Shown here one piece after another: positions 1-8,606 of a DNA stretch of 64,000 nt. Position 1 is the first letter of the stretch, and the number at the start of each line of letters is the position of its first letter. The position numbers were made by a program, and so were the translations under genes. The stretch is taken from positions 14,461 through 78,460 of the forward strand of contig JBIQKA010000005.1 in NCBI GenBank assembly GCA_044507075.1. Reading direction: 5' to 3'. The notes beneath the pieces are model-generated. The model was not told the origin of the DNA and did not search any database. It was given only the letters and a program-made list of their open reading frames with translations. This DNA comes from Myxococcales bacterium. Lineage in GTDB: Bacteria; Myxococcota_A; Polyangia; Polyangiales; DASUME01.

Positions 1-463
1 CGGGATCGGCCAGCTCGCCGCTGGGCGCAAGCCGCACCGACACACCCTTGTTACGGGCGCGCCGGAGCTGCTCGCGCAGGCTGCGATGATTCGCCACGGT
101 GTCTGCCCATTGGACAGGATCCCAGACGGGTTGCTCACCGATGTGCGTCGAACGCAGGTCGGCCCGCTCGGCGAACGACTCGCTCACGTGGAAAAAGCGC
201 AGTCGCTTGCCCGCTTGCCGCGCTGCGGCACGAAACGCGGAGACCACCTCCGGCACGCGCTCGGGCGCGCACACCGGCTCGCCCACGGTGACCCAGGCCC
301 CGCCGGTGTCCGCGTAGGCGATCACGGCGTCTGCGCCGGCGTCGAACCAATAGGCGAGGCCCGGCTCGAGGATTTGAAAGGAGGTCGCCTCCCGCCCGTG
401 GCGACGTAGCACGGCGAGGATGCGCTCACGGGTGGCTTCGGAGACGGGCGACACGGACCCCAT
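1..463 (-). CDS. Partial CDS (N-terminal part, continues past window start): DUF2156 / lysyl-phosphatidylglycerol-synthase-C-terminal-like domain protein
   Basis: The ORF is absent from the track because it runs off the edge. The minus strand from ATG (461-463) reads MGSVSPVSEATRERILAVLRRHGREATSFQILEPGLAYWFDAGADAVIAYADTGGAWVTVGEPVCAPERVPEVVSAFRAAARQAGKRLRFFHVSE... with no stop and GC3-rich codons. The family call is from memory of the DUF2156 N-terminal pattern. Confidence 0.5.
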   Translation of the reverse strand, partial: MGSVSPVSEATRERILAVLRRHGREATSFQILEPGLAYWFDAGADAVIAYADTGGAWVTVGEPVCAPERVPEVVSAFRAAARQAGKRLRFFHVSESFAERADLRSTHIGEQPVWDPVQWADTVANHRSLREQLRRARNKGVSVRLAPSGELADP

Positions 464-534
464 TCTTAGGGCCAGCCGGCACGATTGTCAGGCGCGGCGC
501 CCATCCGCCGCCCGCGACGAGCTAGGCTCGGCCC

Positions 535-1539
535 ATGCGACGCTGGCTTTGCGCCGTGGGGTGTCTGCTCGTGTGGATGTGCCCGCGCGCGCGCGCCGAG
601 CTCTCCGCGCGCGATCTGCGCGTGCTCGCACAGGCCGAGCAGGCGCAGGGGCGGCCCGAGCGTGCCCTCGCGCTGATCGCGCGGGTGATCGCGCGCAGCC
701 CCGAGGAGCCAGCGCCCTGGGTGCGCTACGGTGAGCTGAGCGCGCCCTGCGCGACCGACGTGGTGCTGCGACGCACCAAAGCGCAGCACATCCAGGCAGA
801 GCGTACGTGGCGGGCGCTGCCCGAACAGCGCGCGCGCGACGAAGCGGAGAGCAACGTCCACTGGCGGCGCGCGCTCGGGCACCTCGCCGTGCACCTTTCG
901 CTGCGGGGCGAGTTCCCCCGGGCGCTGGAGGTGGTCCGATACGGAAGCGCCCGCGGAGACCTGGGGGCGGCCCCGTGTCTGCGCCAGATCGCGGCCCAGG
1001 CCATCGCGCGAGAGCGCCTCGATCTCGCGCGCGAGGCGCTGCTCCTCGCGCGCGCCCTGGCCCCCGAAGACCTCGCGCTCGCACGCGAGCTAGGGCTCCT
1101 CCTGCTCGCACGAGGGGACGCGCGCGGGGCCGTCGAGCAGCTCTCGGAGGCGCTCTCGGGCGATCCAGAGCAGATCGAGCTGCGGGCGGATCTCGCCTAC
1201 GCGCTCGGCAGCACGGGACGCGCGGAAGAAGGCCACGCGCTCTTGACGCGCGACGGCGTGCGATGCGGCGCGCAGCCGACCTGCGCCCTCCTGCGCGCGC
1301 GGCTCTCTTTGGAAGGCGGCGCGCTCGATCGGGCCGAACGCGAGGCCCGCGCGCTGGTGGAGCGCACGCCGAGGTCGCTCGATGGTTGGCTCCTACTCGG
1401 CGAGATCCGCGTGCGCGCAGAGGACGTGGCGGGCGCCCGACGCGCGTACGAACGAGCGCTCGCGCTTTCGCCGGGGCACGCACGCGCGCGCGAAGCGCTC
1501 AAGGGCCTCACGCGGCGGAGCGCGGAGGTGGCGCGATGA
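535..1539 (+). CDS. Secreted TPR-repeat protein
   Basis: ATG at 535, with a signal-like N-terminus MRRWLCAVGCLLVWMCPRARA. It contains repeated Ala/Leu/Arg-rich helical hairpins such as GDARGAVEQLSEAL and AGARRAYERALALSPGHARAREAL. The frame is GC3-rich, and the gene is divergent from the partial gene at 1..463. Confidence 0.7.
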   Translation: MRRWLCAVGCLLVWMCPRARAELSARDLRVLAQAEQAQGRPERALALIARVIARSPEEPAPWVRYGELSAPCATDVVLRRTKAQHIQAERTWRALPEQRARDEAESNVHWRRALGHLAVHLSLRGEFPRALEVVRYGSARGDLGAAPCLRQIAAQAIARERLDLAREALLLARALAPEDLALARELGLLLLARGDARGAVEQLSEALSGDPEQIELRADLAYALGSTGRAEEGHALLTRDGVRCGAQPTCALLRARLSLEGGALDRAEREARALVERTPRSLDGWLLLGEIRVRAEDVAGARRAYERALALSPGHARAREALKGLTRRSAEVAR

Positions 1540-1562
1540 GCCCGCGCGATGAGCCCGCGCGA
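1531..1562. repeat. 13-bp tandem duplication (gcgcgatgagccc x2 plus partial third copy gcgcga)
   Basis: Read directly: copies at 1531-1543 and 1544-1556, partial copy at 1557-1562. The first copy contains the TGA stop (1537-1539) of the TPR gene. Confidence 0.85.
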
Positions 1563-1577
1563 CGAACGCTCTCCCGT

Positions 1578-3845
1578 TCAGCGCTCGCCCCAACGCCGCC
1601 TGAGCGCCCACTCCAGGGCGATCAGCGCGAACAACGAGAGCGCCCAGGTGACCTGCCCGAAGGGCGCGTGGCGCACCGTTCCGAGCGAGCTCGTGCGGCT
1701 CGAATCGAGCTCCTCCAGGGCCGGCGCGCGCGCCGCATCGGCGATGAACCGTCCCCCGGTCTTTTCGGCGAGTTCGCGCAGCAAGGCGGGACGGGGGCGT
1801 GGATCGGCGAGCTCCACCCCCGACAGCTCTACCACCAGCGGCATGCGCGCGATCTCTTGACCGTTGTGCCAGAGCAGCGCCGTGTAGGCGCCGGGCTCCT
1901 CGGGCGCCTGCAGCACGGCCTGAACGCGCCCCTGATCGTCGGTCTGCACCTGCAGTTGCCCGTACACCTCTTCACCGCCCGCTCGCCCTGGCGAGGCGCC
2001 TGAGCGCGACGCCCTCGCCCCTCCCCGCTCGGCCACGATGGCGACCGATACCTCCGCGTGCTTGATCGGACGGTAGGTGTCCTCGCGGGCGAGCCCGCTC
2101 ACCTCCACGCGCGCACCCGGCAGATAGGTCTCGCGATCGAGGCTCAACGAGGCCGGCTCGAGCAGCGGATCGCGGGTCAGCCAGCGGACCGTGCGATCCC
2201 AGAAGCGATCGTAGACGGAAGGATCCTTGCCGCGCCCCGCCGTCGGCATGCTCCAATGCCAGCTCGTGTCCGTGGCGAACGCGAGCGAGCGGCCGCGGCC
2301 GAAGCGCCCCACGCTCAGGATCGGTAGCTTGCGCCCGTCCGGCGTACGCGCGTTCGGGTGCTCGAGCAGCGCGAGTCCGTTCGACTGGACGCCCAAGAGC
2401 GAGTTGGCCCCGACCAGCGGAGCGAGGCTGCGGAAGGCGGCCACGGTCTGGGCGGGCTCGGGGTAGAGCTCCAACAAGGGGTGGTGGAGGAGCCCGGCGA
2501 CCGGCTCGGGTGAGAAGGCGCCCTCGACGATGGCGGCCCCCGAGGAGCTCGCGGGACGCATGCGCACGGGCAGCGCGTCTGCGAGGGGCGTGTTCGAGTA
2601 GCCCCCCCCGTCGAAACTCAACGAACCGCCGATCATCGCGAGGCCGCCCCCCTGCTCCACATAGTTGCGGATCAGCGGGAGGTAGGGCGCCATCTGGTAC
2701 GGCGCGTAATCGAAGTCCTGCAACACGACCAAGTCGAAGCTCGTGAGGTGCTGGCGGAACAGCTCATCGGTGGGGAACGGGATCAACGCGAGCTCGGACG
2801 GACTCGACATCGTCAAGTCGTGCACGCTGCGTAGGATGAAGAACGACACGAGGTCGATGGAGGGATCGCGCTTCAAGAACCCGCGCAAGAAGCGCTGATC
2901 CCAGCTCGGACGGCCCGATACGTGCAACACACGCATGCGATCGCGGGTCACGCGGGCGACGAACGGTCGCACGTTGTTCTCGGGCACGTCGTCGCGATCG
3001 TCGGTGTCGAGTTCGAGCGTGTAGACCTCGCGCCCGAGGTTGAGCGGCTCGAAGGCGAGCTCGACGGAGGCCTCGCTGCCCTCCTTCACCTCGAGGCTCT
3101 GGCTCGCGATCACGGCGCCGTCTCGTTTCAGATCCACCTCCAGAGAACGGTCACCGAGGCCCGTACTGCTGACGGTCACGTGCACGCGCGCTTGACCGTG
3201 CAGGAAGGCCACCGAGTCCGGCTGGATGCGCATGATAGCGTCGTCACGGAGCGCCCGGGCGTCGCCCGTGAACACGCTGTGGACGCGGGTTGCGAGGCTC
3301 TGCGGCACGGCATTGGTCTGGGTGTCGGCCCCGTCGCTCAACACGACGATGGCGCCGAGATCGTCGCGCCCACTGAGCTCGTTCACGTGCCGGATCAACC
3401 CGGTCGCTGGGGCCTGAGGGCTGAGGTGCTCGGCGAGTTTCGTAGGCTCCACGGCCGCCGCCTCATCCCCCAGGATGAACCACTCCGCCTCCTGTCCGCG
3501 CGCGCTCTTGAGCCAGCGCTCCACCAGCTTGCGCGCGCGCGCCATGCGCGTCGTGTCGTCCGTGCGCACCCCCATGCTGCGTGAGCCATCGACGACCACG
3601 GCCAGTGCCCCCGGCTCAGTGCGCACGCGCTCGGCCCAAAAGGTGGGCTGGGTCGTCAAGGCGAAGATCGCGAGCCCGCTCAGCCAGCGCAGCGCGATCA
3701 ACGTGGCCCCGCGCGCACCGCGGATCTTGATGAAAGACCCCAGCGCGCACAGCGCGAACAACACGACGCCCACGACCAGCGCCGTAGCGACGCCACCGGG
3801 CACGCCCCAGCCGATCTGCCAGTGCGTGGCGATCTCGGACTTCAT
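1578..3845 (-). CDS. Membrane-anchored VWA-like plus GATase1-like (former DUF1355-type) protein of Bat/aerotolerance-type modules
   Basis: 755 aa, with N-terminal TM helices (VATALVVGVVLFALCAL, LSGLAIFALTT). A VWA-like block reads ALAVVVDGSRSMGV...IVVLSDGADT. Later comes MRVLHVSGRPSWDQRFLRGFLKRDPSIDLVSFFILRS...DLVVLQDFDY...GGGLAMIGGSLSF, typical of the putative glutamine-amidotransferase-like fold. It starts 16 nt downstream of the DUF4159 gene. Confidence 0.75.
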   Translation of the reverse strand: MKSEIATHWQIGWGVPGGVATALVVGVVLFALCALGSFIKIRGARGATLIALRWLSGLAIFALTTQPTFWAERVRTEPGALAVVVDGSRSMGVRTDDTTRMARARKLVERWLKSARGQEAEWFILGDEAAAVEPTKLAEHLSPQAPATGLIRHVNELSGRDDLGAIVVLSDGADTQTNAVPQSLATRVHSVFTGDARALRDDAIMRIQPDSVAFLHGQARVHVTVSSTGLGDRSLEVDLKRDGAVIASQSLEVKEGSEASVELAFEPLNLGREVYTLELDTDDRDDVPENNVRPFVARVTRDRMRVLHVSGRPSWDQRFLRGFLKRDPSIDLVSFFILRSVHDLTMSSPSELALIPFPTDELFRQHLTSFDLVVLQDFDYAPYQMAPYLPLIRNYVEQGGGLAMIGGSLSFDGGGYSNTPLADALPVRMRPASSSGAAIVEGAFSPEPVAGLLHHPLLELYPEPAQTVAAFRSLAPLVGANSLLGVQSNGLALLEHPNARTPDGRKLPILSVGRFGRGRSLAFATDTSWHWSMPTAGRGKDPSVYDRFWDRTVRWLTRDPLLEPASLSLDRETYLPGARVEVSGLAREDTYRPIKHAEVSVAIVAERGGARASRSGASPGRAGGEEVYGQLQVQTDDQGRVQAVLQAPEEPGAYTALLWHNGQEIARMPLVVELSGVELADPRPRPALLRELAEKTGGRFIADAARAPALEELDSSRTSSLGTVRHAPFGQVTWALSLFALIALEWALRRRWGER

Positions 3846-3861
3846 GCGCGACCCCAGACCT

Positions 3862-4728
3862 TCAAGGCCTGCCCCCGCGCCGCCGCAAGATGAACGGTGC
3901 GTGCACCTGGTCGTCCTTGTAATCGAGACACAGGGCGTACATCACCAGGTTCACGCCGAGGCGAATGGCCTGCTCGCGCTGGGCCAGTCCTCCGGGCGTG
4001 ATCGCATAGGCAGCCTCTCCGTTCTCGTCGCGCGCCCACGCGCCGCCCAGATCGTGCCGGCTGTACACCACGGCAGCGCGGCCGGCGTGGGTGATCGCCT
4101 CGAGGTACCCTGGCTCGCCCACGCGCCCCACCGGGCGGTCGAGCAGGTAAAAGCTACGGAAGATGGTGTGCTGACGGTCGAGGCGCTGTAGCCGCTCGTT
4201 GGGGAACGCGCGCGAAAGGTCGCGGCGCACGCTGGCATCGAAGCCGCTCGACTCCGGGGCGGCATCATCGATCAGCACGAAGCCGCCGTACTCCACGAAG
4301 CGACGCAGCCCCGTGAGCTCCTTCTCGCTCAGGGGCTCGAACGCGCGATCACCGGCCCAGTAGAGCAAGGGCGTGCGGAACACCGAAGGATCGTCGAAAC
4401 GCGTCACGCTCGGCTCGAGGGTGGTCTCGATGCTGGTTCGCTTGCGCACTTCCCAGGCGATGCGCTGGGCGGCCTTTGGCCTCGGATCCTCGTCAAAGCC
4501 CCCGACACGCACGCGGCGCACGTCGATGCCCTCCCCGGGACCGAGCGCGAACGCGGGCGCACGCAAGCTGGCGGGCCCCACACCGGCCAAGACCAGCAGG
4601 AGGATCGACAGGACGCCCGCGGTCGCCAGGACGGGTCGCGAAAGGCCCCGGTCAAAGCGGGCGGTGCCGCCCGCGAGCAAAAAGAGGAGCGCTTCCGTGG
4701 CCGCTTTTGCGCGCAGAGGTGGCGACAT
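3862..4728 (-). CDS. DUF4159 domain-containing protein
   Basis: 288 aa. Motifs FVLIDDAAPE, TIFRSFYLLDRPVGR, AAVVYSRHDLGGAW and LGVNLVMYALCLDYKDDQVH match my memory of DUF4159. ATG at 4726-4728. Confidence 0.8.
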   Translation of the reverse strand: MSPPLRAKAATEALLFLLAGGTARFDRGLSRPVLATAGVLSILLLVLAGVGPASLRAPAFALGPGEGIDVRRVRVGGFDEDPRPKAAQRIAWEVRKRTSIETTLEPSVTRFDDPSVFRTPLLYWAGDRAFEPLSEKELTGLRRFVEYGGFVLIDDAAPESSGFDASVRRDLSRAFPNERLQRLDRQHTIFRSFYLLDRPVGRVGEPGYLEAITHAGRAAVVYSRHDLGGAWARDENGEAAYAITPGGLAQREQAIRLGVNLVMYALCLDYKDDQVHAPFILRRRGGRP

Positions 4729-4826
4729 CGTGAACCCGGCGCAGAGCCTATCAAAAACCCGGCGAAAGGCTTGCTACACTGGCGCGAATGCCAGGGACGG
4801 GCCCTCTGCTCGGTCCCTCGTCCAAA

Positions 4827-4895
4827 TTTGCGCTCGCGCGGCCCCAGGGCCCGCTTCGACTTTGTGCTCGCGCGGCCCCCAGGGCCCGCTTCGAC
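4827..4895. repeat. Tandem 34/35-bp direct repeat in a divergent intergenic region
   Basis: tttgcgctcgcgcggccccagggcccgcttcgac (4827-4860) is followed immediately by tttgtgctcgcgcggcccccagggcccgcttcgac (4861-4895). The copies differ by one substitution and one extra c. Each copy contains the near-dyad GGCCCCAGGGCC. Confidence 0.9.
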
Positions 4896-4939
4896 TGTCT
4901 GCTCACGGGCTTAGCTGCCCCTTGAACGGAGAACCCAGG

Positions 4940-6439
4940 ATGAGCTCGCGGCCGCTGTTCCCTCGTCTGCTTTCGCCCGAAGTGCGGCCCGCCCTCCGCT
5001 TTGGTCAGCGCGAACTCGACTACGCCACCCTGGCCACGGCGTGCGCGGCGTTCCGGCGCTCACTCGCGTCGCTCGGGGTCGAGAAGGGAGACCGCGTCGC
5101 GGTCTGGGCCCACCCGGAGCTCGAGACCCTGCTCGGGTTCGTGGGCGCGGTGGCCAGCAACGTGGTCACGGTGCCCCTGAATCCCGCGCTGGGAGACAAG
5201 GAGCTCAACCATATCCTCGAGGACGCCCAGCCCAAGCTCGTGTTCTCCGCGTACCCGGAGCACGACCGGCAGCGCTCCCCCGACGTTCCCGTGCACGGCT
5301 TCAGCTTCGCGCAAGCCTCCATGGTCACGCCACGCGCACCGCGCGAGGAGAACGAAAACCCGGACGATCCCGTTCTGCTCGTGTACACCTCCGGCACCAC
5401 CGGCGCCCCCAAGGGGGCCGTGCTGAGTTACCGCAATCTGGCCTCCACGCTAGACGGCCTGAGCGACGCCTGGCAGCTCTCCGAGGCGGACACCATCGTC
5501 CATGCTTTGCCCCTGTTTCACGTGCACGGGCTGGTTTTTGGGTTGTTCGGCGCGCTGCGCACGGGCGCGGCGCTGCACTGGATTCCCAAGTTCGACCCCA
5601 CGACCTTGAGCGCTGCCTTGAGCGGAAACAGCGTGCTCTACGCGGTGCCCACCATGTATCGCCGGCTGGCCGAGGCCGCCGAGAGCGACCCCGCCGTGCG
5701 CGCGGGCCTCGGCGCGGCGCGCCTGTTGGTGTCGGGCTCCGCTGCCCTCCCCGCCCGCGAGCATGCGCGGATCGAACGCCTCACGGGGCAGCGGGTGTGC
5801 GAGCGCTACGGGCTGAGCGAGACCCTGATCAACACCGCCGTACGCGCGGACGGAGAGCGCCGCCCTGGCTACGTCGGGCGCGCCTTGCCGGGCGTGGAGA
5901 TTCGGCTGGTGAACGATCAGCGCGAGCCCATCGAGGCCCACGACGACACCTCCATCGGGGAGGTCGCCGTGCGCGGCCCCAACGTGTTCCTTGGCTATTT
6001 GAACCGACCGGAGGCGACGCGAGAAGCGCTCGACGACGATGGCTGGTTCTACACCGGCGATCTCGCGACGATGGGCCCGGACGGCTACCTACGGATCGTG
6101 GGACGCAAGGCCACCGACCTGATCAAGACCGGCGGGTTCAAGGTGGGCGCGGGCGAGGTCGAGGGCGCGCTGCTGGAGCACCCCGCGGTACGCGAGGCGG
6201 CGGTGTTGGGCGTGGCCGACGAGGATCTGGGGGAGCGCATCGTGGCCTTCGTGGTGCTGTACGCGTCCAACGCGGACGGTCTCGGGCTGCAGCCTGCGCC
6301 CACCGAGCGCGAACTCGCCGACCACGTGGCGCGATCGCTCGCCCCGCACAAGCGCCCGCGCGAGGTGCGCGTGCTCACAGATCTACCGAAGAACGCCATG
6401 GGCAAGGTGCAAAAGAAGAAGCTGCGCGAGCTCCTGTGA
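4940..6439 (+). CDS. AMP-dependent acyl-CoA synthetase/ligase (malonyl/medium-chain type)
   Basis: AMP-binding signature LLVYTSGTTGAPKGAVLSYRNL, plus YGLSETL, WFYTGDLA and KTGGFKV and a C-terminal KNAMGKVQKKKL. I start at ATG 4940 (MSSRPLFPRLL) rather than track start 4373, because 4373-4728 overlaps the DUF4159 gene on the opposite strand. Confidence 0.85.
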   Translation: MSSRPLFPRLLSPEVRPALRFGQRELDYATLATACAAFRRSLASLGVEKGDRVAVWAHPELETLLGFVGAVASNVVTVPLNPALGDKELNHILEDAQPKLVFSAYPEHDRQRSPDVPVHGFSFAQASMVTPRAPREENENPDDPVLLVYTSGTTGAPKGAVLSYRNLASTLDGLSDAWQLSEADTIVHALPLFHVHGLVFGLFGALRTGAALHWIPKFDPTTLSAALSGNSVLYAVPTMYRRLAEAAESDPAVRAGLGAARLLVSGSAALPAREHARIERLTGQRVCERYGLSETLINTAVRADGERRPGYVGRALPGVEIRLVNDQREPIEAHDDTSIGEVAVRGPNVFLGYLNRPEATREALDDDGWFYTGDLATMGPDGYLRIVGRKATDLIKTGGFKVGAGEVEGALLEHPAVREAAVLGVADEDLGERIVAFVVLYASNADGLGLQPAPTERELADHVARSLAPHKRPREVRVLTDLPKNAMGKVQKKKLRELL

Positions 6440-6446
6440 GAGAGAG

Positions 6447-7601
6447 CTACTTGCGATCGGCGCGCGCCACGTAGGGGCGATCGATCTGCCCCTCCCACAC
6501 TTGCGACGGCCTGAACATGCGGTTGTTCTCGATCTGCTCGAACAGATGCGCGAGCCAGCCGGGCACGCGCGCCACCGCGTACATCGGCGTGAACAGATCG
6601 GTGGGCAAGCCCAGCATCTCGTAGACGATGCCGCTGTAGTAGTCGACGTTCGGGTACAGTTCGCGTGCCCCGACCAGCGCACGCATCTGGGCCTCGAGCT
6701 CGACCGCGGTGTCGTAGATGGCGGAGCGCCCAAAGCGCTCGAACAGCTCGTCGATCAGGCGCTGCTCGATGGTGGCGCGCGGGTCCTTCACCTTGTACTC
6801 GCGGTGCCCGAAGCCGCTGATCTTCTCCTTGCGGGCCAGGCGGTCCTCGGCCCACTCGCGGATCGCGCTGGGCCCGGTGGCCGGTATCGAGCGCAGCATG
6901 CGCAACACGGCCTCGTTGGCGCCGCCATGCAGCGAACCCGAGAGCGTCATCACGGCCGAGGACACCACGGCGTACGGATCGGCGAGCGTGGAGGCGGCCA
7001 CGCGGGCGGAGAACGTGGAAGGCGCCATCGAGTGCTCGGCGTGCAGCACGAGCATGGTGTTGAGCGCGTTGCTGACCAACAGCTCGGGCTCCTCGCCAGT
7101 GAGCATGTACAGGAAGTTGGCGGCGTGGTTGAGGTCGGGACGGGGCGGAATGGGATCGTCGCCGCGGCGAATGCGATGAAAGGCGGCCACGATGGTTGGT
7201 ACCTTGGCCACCAGGCGCACCGCGCACAGACGCAGGTACTCCTGGTCATGGATGTGATCGCCCGGATAAAACATGCCCATGGCGGCGATCGTGGCCGCCA
7301 GCGCGTCCATCGGGTGGCCGCTCTCAGGAAAGAGCTTGAGCATGTCGACGACGCGAAACTTCAGCCGACGCTCCGCCGCGAGCTCGGTCTTGAACCCGTT
7401 CAGCTCCTGCTCGGACGGCAGATTGCCGAACAAGAGCAGGTAGGCAACCTCCTCGAACGTGCAGCGATCGGCGAGGATCTCGACGGGATAGCCGCGGTAC
7501 TGCAGCCGTCCGGTCTCACCGTCGATGAAGCACACGCTCGAGCGCGCGGCGGGCACCCCGGCCAATCCTGGCACGTAGGGGACGACACTCTGTTCCGACA
7601 T
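6447..7601 (-). CDS. Citrate synthase (short, about 380-aa type; 2-methylcitrate synthase not excluded)
   Basis: 384 aa, with the citrate synthase signature GFGHREYKVKDPRA, plus LHAEHSMAPSTF and GPLHGGAN-like SGSLHGGANE. Confidence 0.9.
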   Translation of the reverse strand: MSEQSVVPYVPGLAGVPAARSSVCFIDGETGRLQYRGYPVEILADRCTFEEVAYLLLFGNLPSEQELNGFKTELAAERRLKFRVVDMLKLFPESGHPMDALAATIAAMGMFYPGDHIHDQEYLRLCAVRLVAKVPTIVAAFHRIRRGDDPIPPRPDLNHAANFLYMLTGEEPELLVSNALNTMLVLHAEHSMAPSTFSARVAASTLADPYAVVSSAVMTLSGSLHGGANEAVLRMLRSIPATGPSAIREWAEDRLARKEKISGFGHREYKVKDPRATIEQRLIDELFERFGRSAIYDTAVELEAQMRALVGARELYPNVDYYSGIVYEMLGLPTDLFTPMYAVARVPGWLAHLFEQIENNRMFRPSQVWEGQIDRPYVARADRK

Positions 7602-7618
7602 GGCGACAACGTTACGCC

Positions 7619-8536
7619 CTACATCCGCGGCGGCAAGTTGGTGATTCCGCGCAGGGCCACTGGGCCGGGGAAGGTGCTCGCGCGCCTCAGCTCGCGCTGC
7701 GCCTGCGGGACGCGCTCGAACAGGGCCGAGAGGTGCTCGGGAGTCACCATGTCTTCGCCCGAGAGCAACGTCGCGCCCTCGGAGACCAGCTCGAACGCCC
7801 GCTCGGCATAGGCCTCGGGGGACAGTTCGTCAGGTCCGCCGTGCCAGACGCCCCACGGGCGGCCGACGTTCGAGAGCGCGCTGATGGCGCGCAGTTCAGC
7901 CATGGGATCGCTCGGAATGGCGATGAACCCGCCCGCGCCGGCGCCGGAGAGCGCGCCGCACACGGCCTCGAGTTGCTCGCCGCCAGGCAGGGTGCCGCCC
8001 TCGAGCACGCGTATGGAGACCAGCACCGGGAGATCCGTCAGCAGCGCCGCGCTGGTCGCGACCACCGCCTCCCGCAGCGTCGAGGCTGCGTCCACGAAGA
8101 TCAGATCACAGCCGGAGGCGGCGAGGCGCTGCGCGTGCGCGGCTTGCTCCCCACGCAGCTTGCTGTCAGCCCCTCGCATCGGGGGGAGCACGCCGGCGAC
8201 GCATACAGGGCGGCCCGAGGTGTCGGCCACCTCGCGGGCCAGGTCCACAGCGAGCGAGGTCAGCTTGGCGGCGCGGTAGCCGTAGCCCACCCGTTGGAGC
8301 GCGTCGGGCGTGGTATGCGCGGTGTTGGTGCGCAGCACGTGGGCGCCCGCGCCGCAGAAGGCCTCGTGGGCCTCGGACAAGAGAGCTTGCCTCCCCCCGA
8401 GTACGGCCGCCGTTTCCAGCCCGGAATCGACGCTGAAGCCGGAGCGCTGGAGCGCACCTCGTACTCCCCCGTCGAACACGATGGGTACGCCGGCCTCCAG
8501 GCGCGCGTACAAGCCCTTTCCCCCAGAGTTCTGCAC
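7619..8536 (-). CDS. Homocysteine S-methyltransferase-fold protein with degenerate zinc site
   Basis: 305 aa. The N-terminus VFDGGVRGALQRSG and HEAFCGAGAHVLRTNT resemble the Pfam S-methyl_trans fold. The C-terminal GATLLSGEDMVTPEHLSAL aligns by eye to the family GGCCGTTPEHI motif, but the Cys-Cys pair is replaced by Glu-Asp. Confidence 0.7.
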   Translation of the reverse strand: MQNSGGKGLYARLEAGVPIVFDGGVRGALQRSGFSVDSGLETAAVLGGRQALLSEAHEAFCGAGAHVLRTNTAHTTPDALQRVGYGYRAAKLTSLAVDLAREVADTSGRPVCVAGVLPPMRGADSKLRGEQAAHAQRLAASGCDLIFVDAASTLREAVVATSAALLTDLPVLVSIRVLEGGTLPGGEQLEAVCGALSGAGAGGFIAIPSDPMAELRAISALSNVGRPWGVWHGGPDELSPEAYAERAFELVSEGATLLSGEDMVTPEHLSALFERVPQAQRELRRASTFPGPVALRGITNLPPRM

Positions 8537-8606
8537 AGAACAAGAATACGAAATCGCAAGAGAGTCCGTAAATGAAGAAACCGGCTCGAAAACCGGGGCG
8601 ACTTAC

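Noticed and set aside
488-1483. 331-aa minus-strand ORF, extremely Arg/Ala/Pro-rich, antisense to the TPR gene
   Set aside because: This is a typical shadow ORF of GC-rich DNA. The composition is low-complexity (RRARR runs). The opposite strand has a signal peptide, TPR periodicity and GC3 bias.
4373-4939. N-terminal 189 codons of track ORF 4373..6439
   Set aside because: It overlaps the DUF4159 gene on the other strand and the intergenic tandem repeat. The acyl-CoA synthetase homology begins after ATG 4940.
8537-8606. Short CCGG-ctcgaaaa-CCGG hairpin between two minus-strand genes, considered as a terminator
   Set aside because: The stem is only 4 bp and there is no U-tract. This is not supportable.
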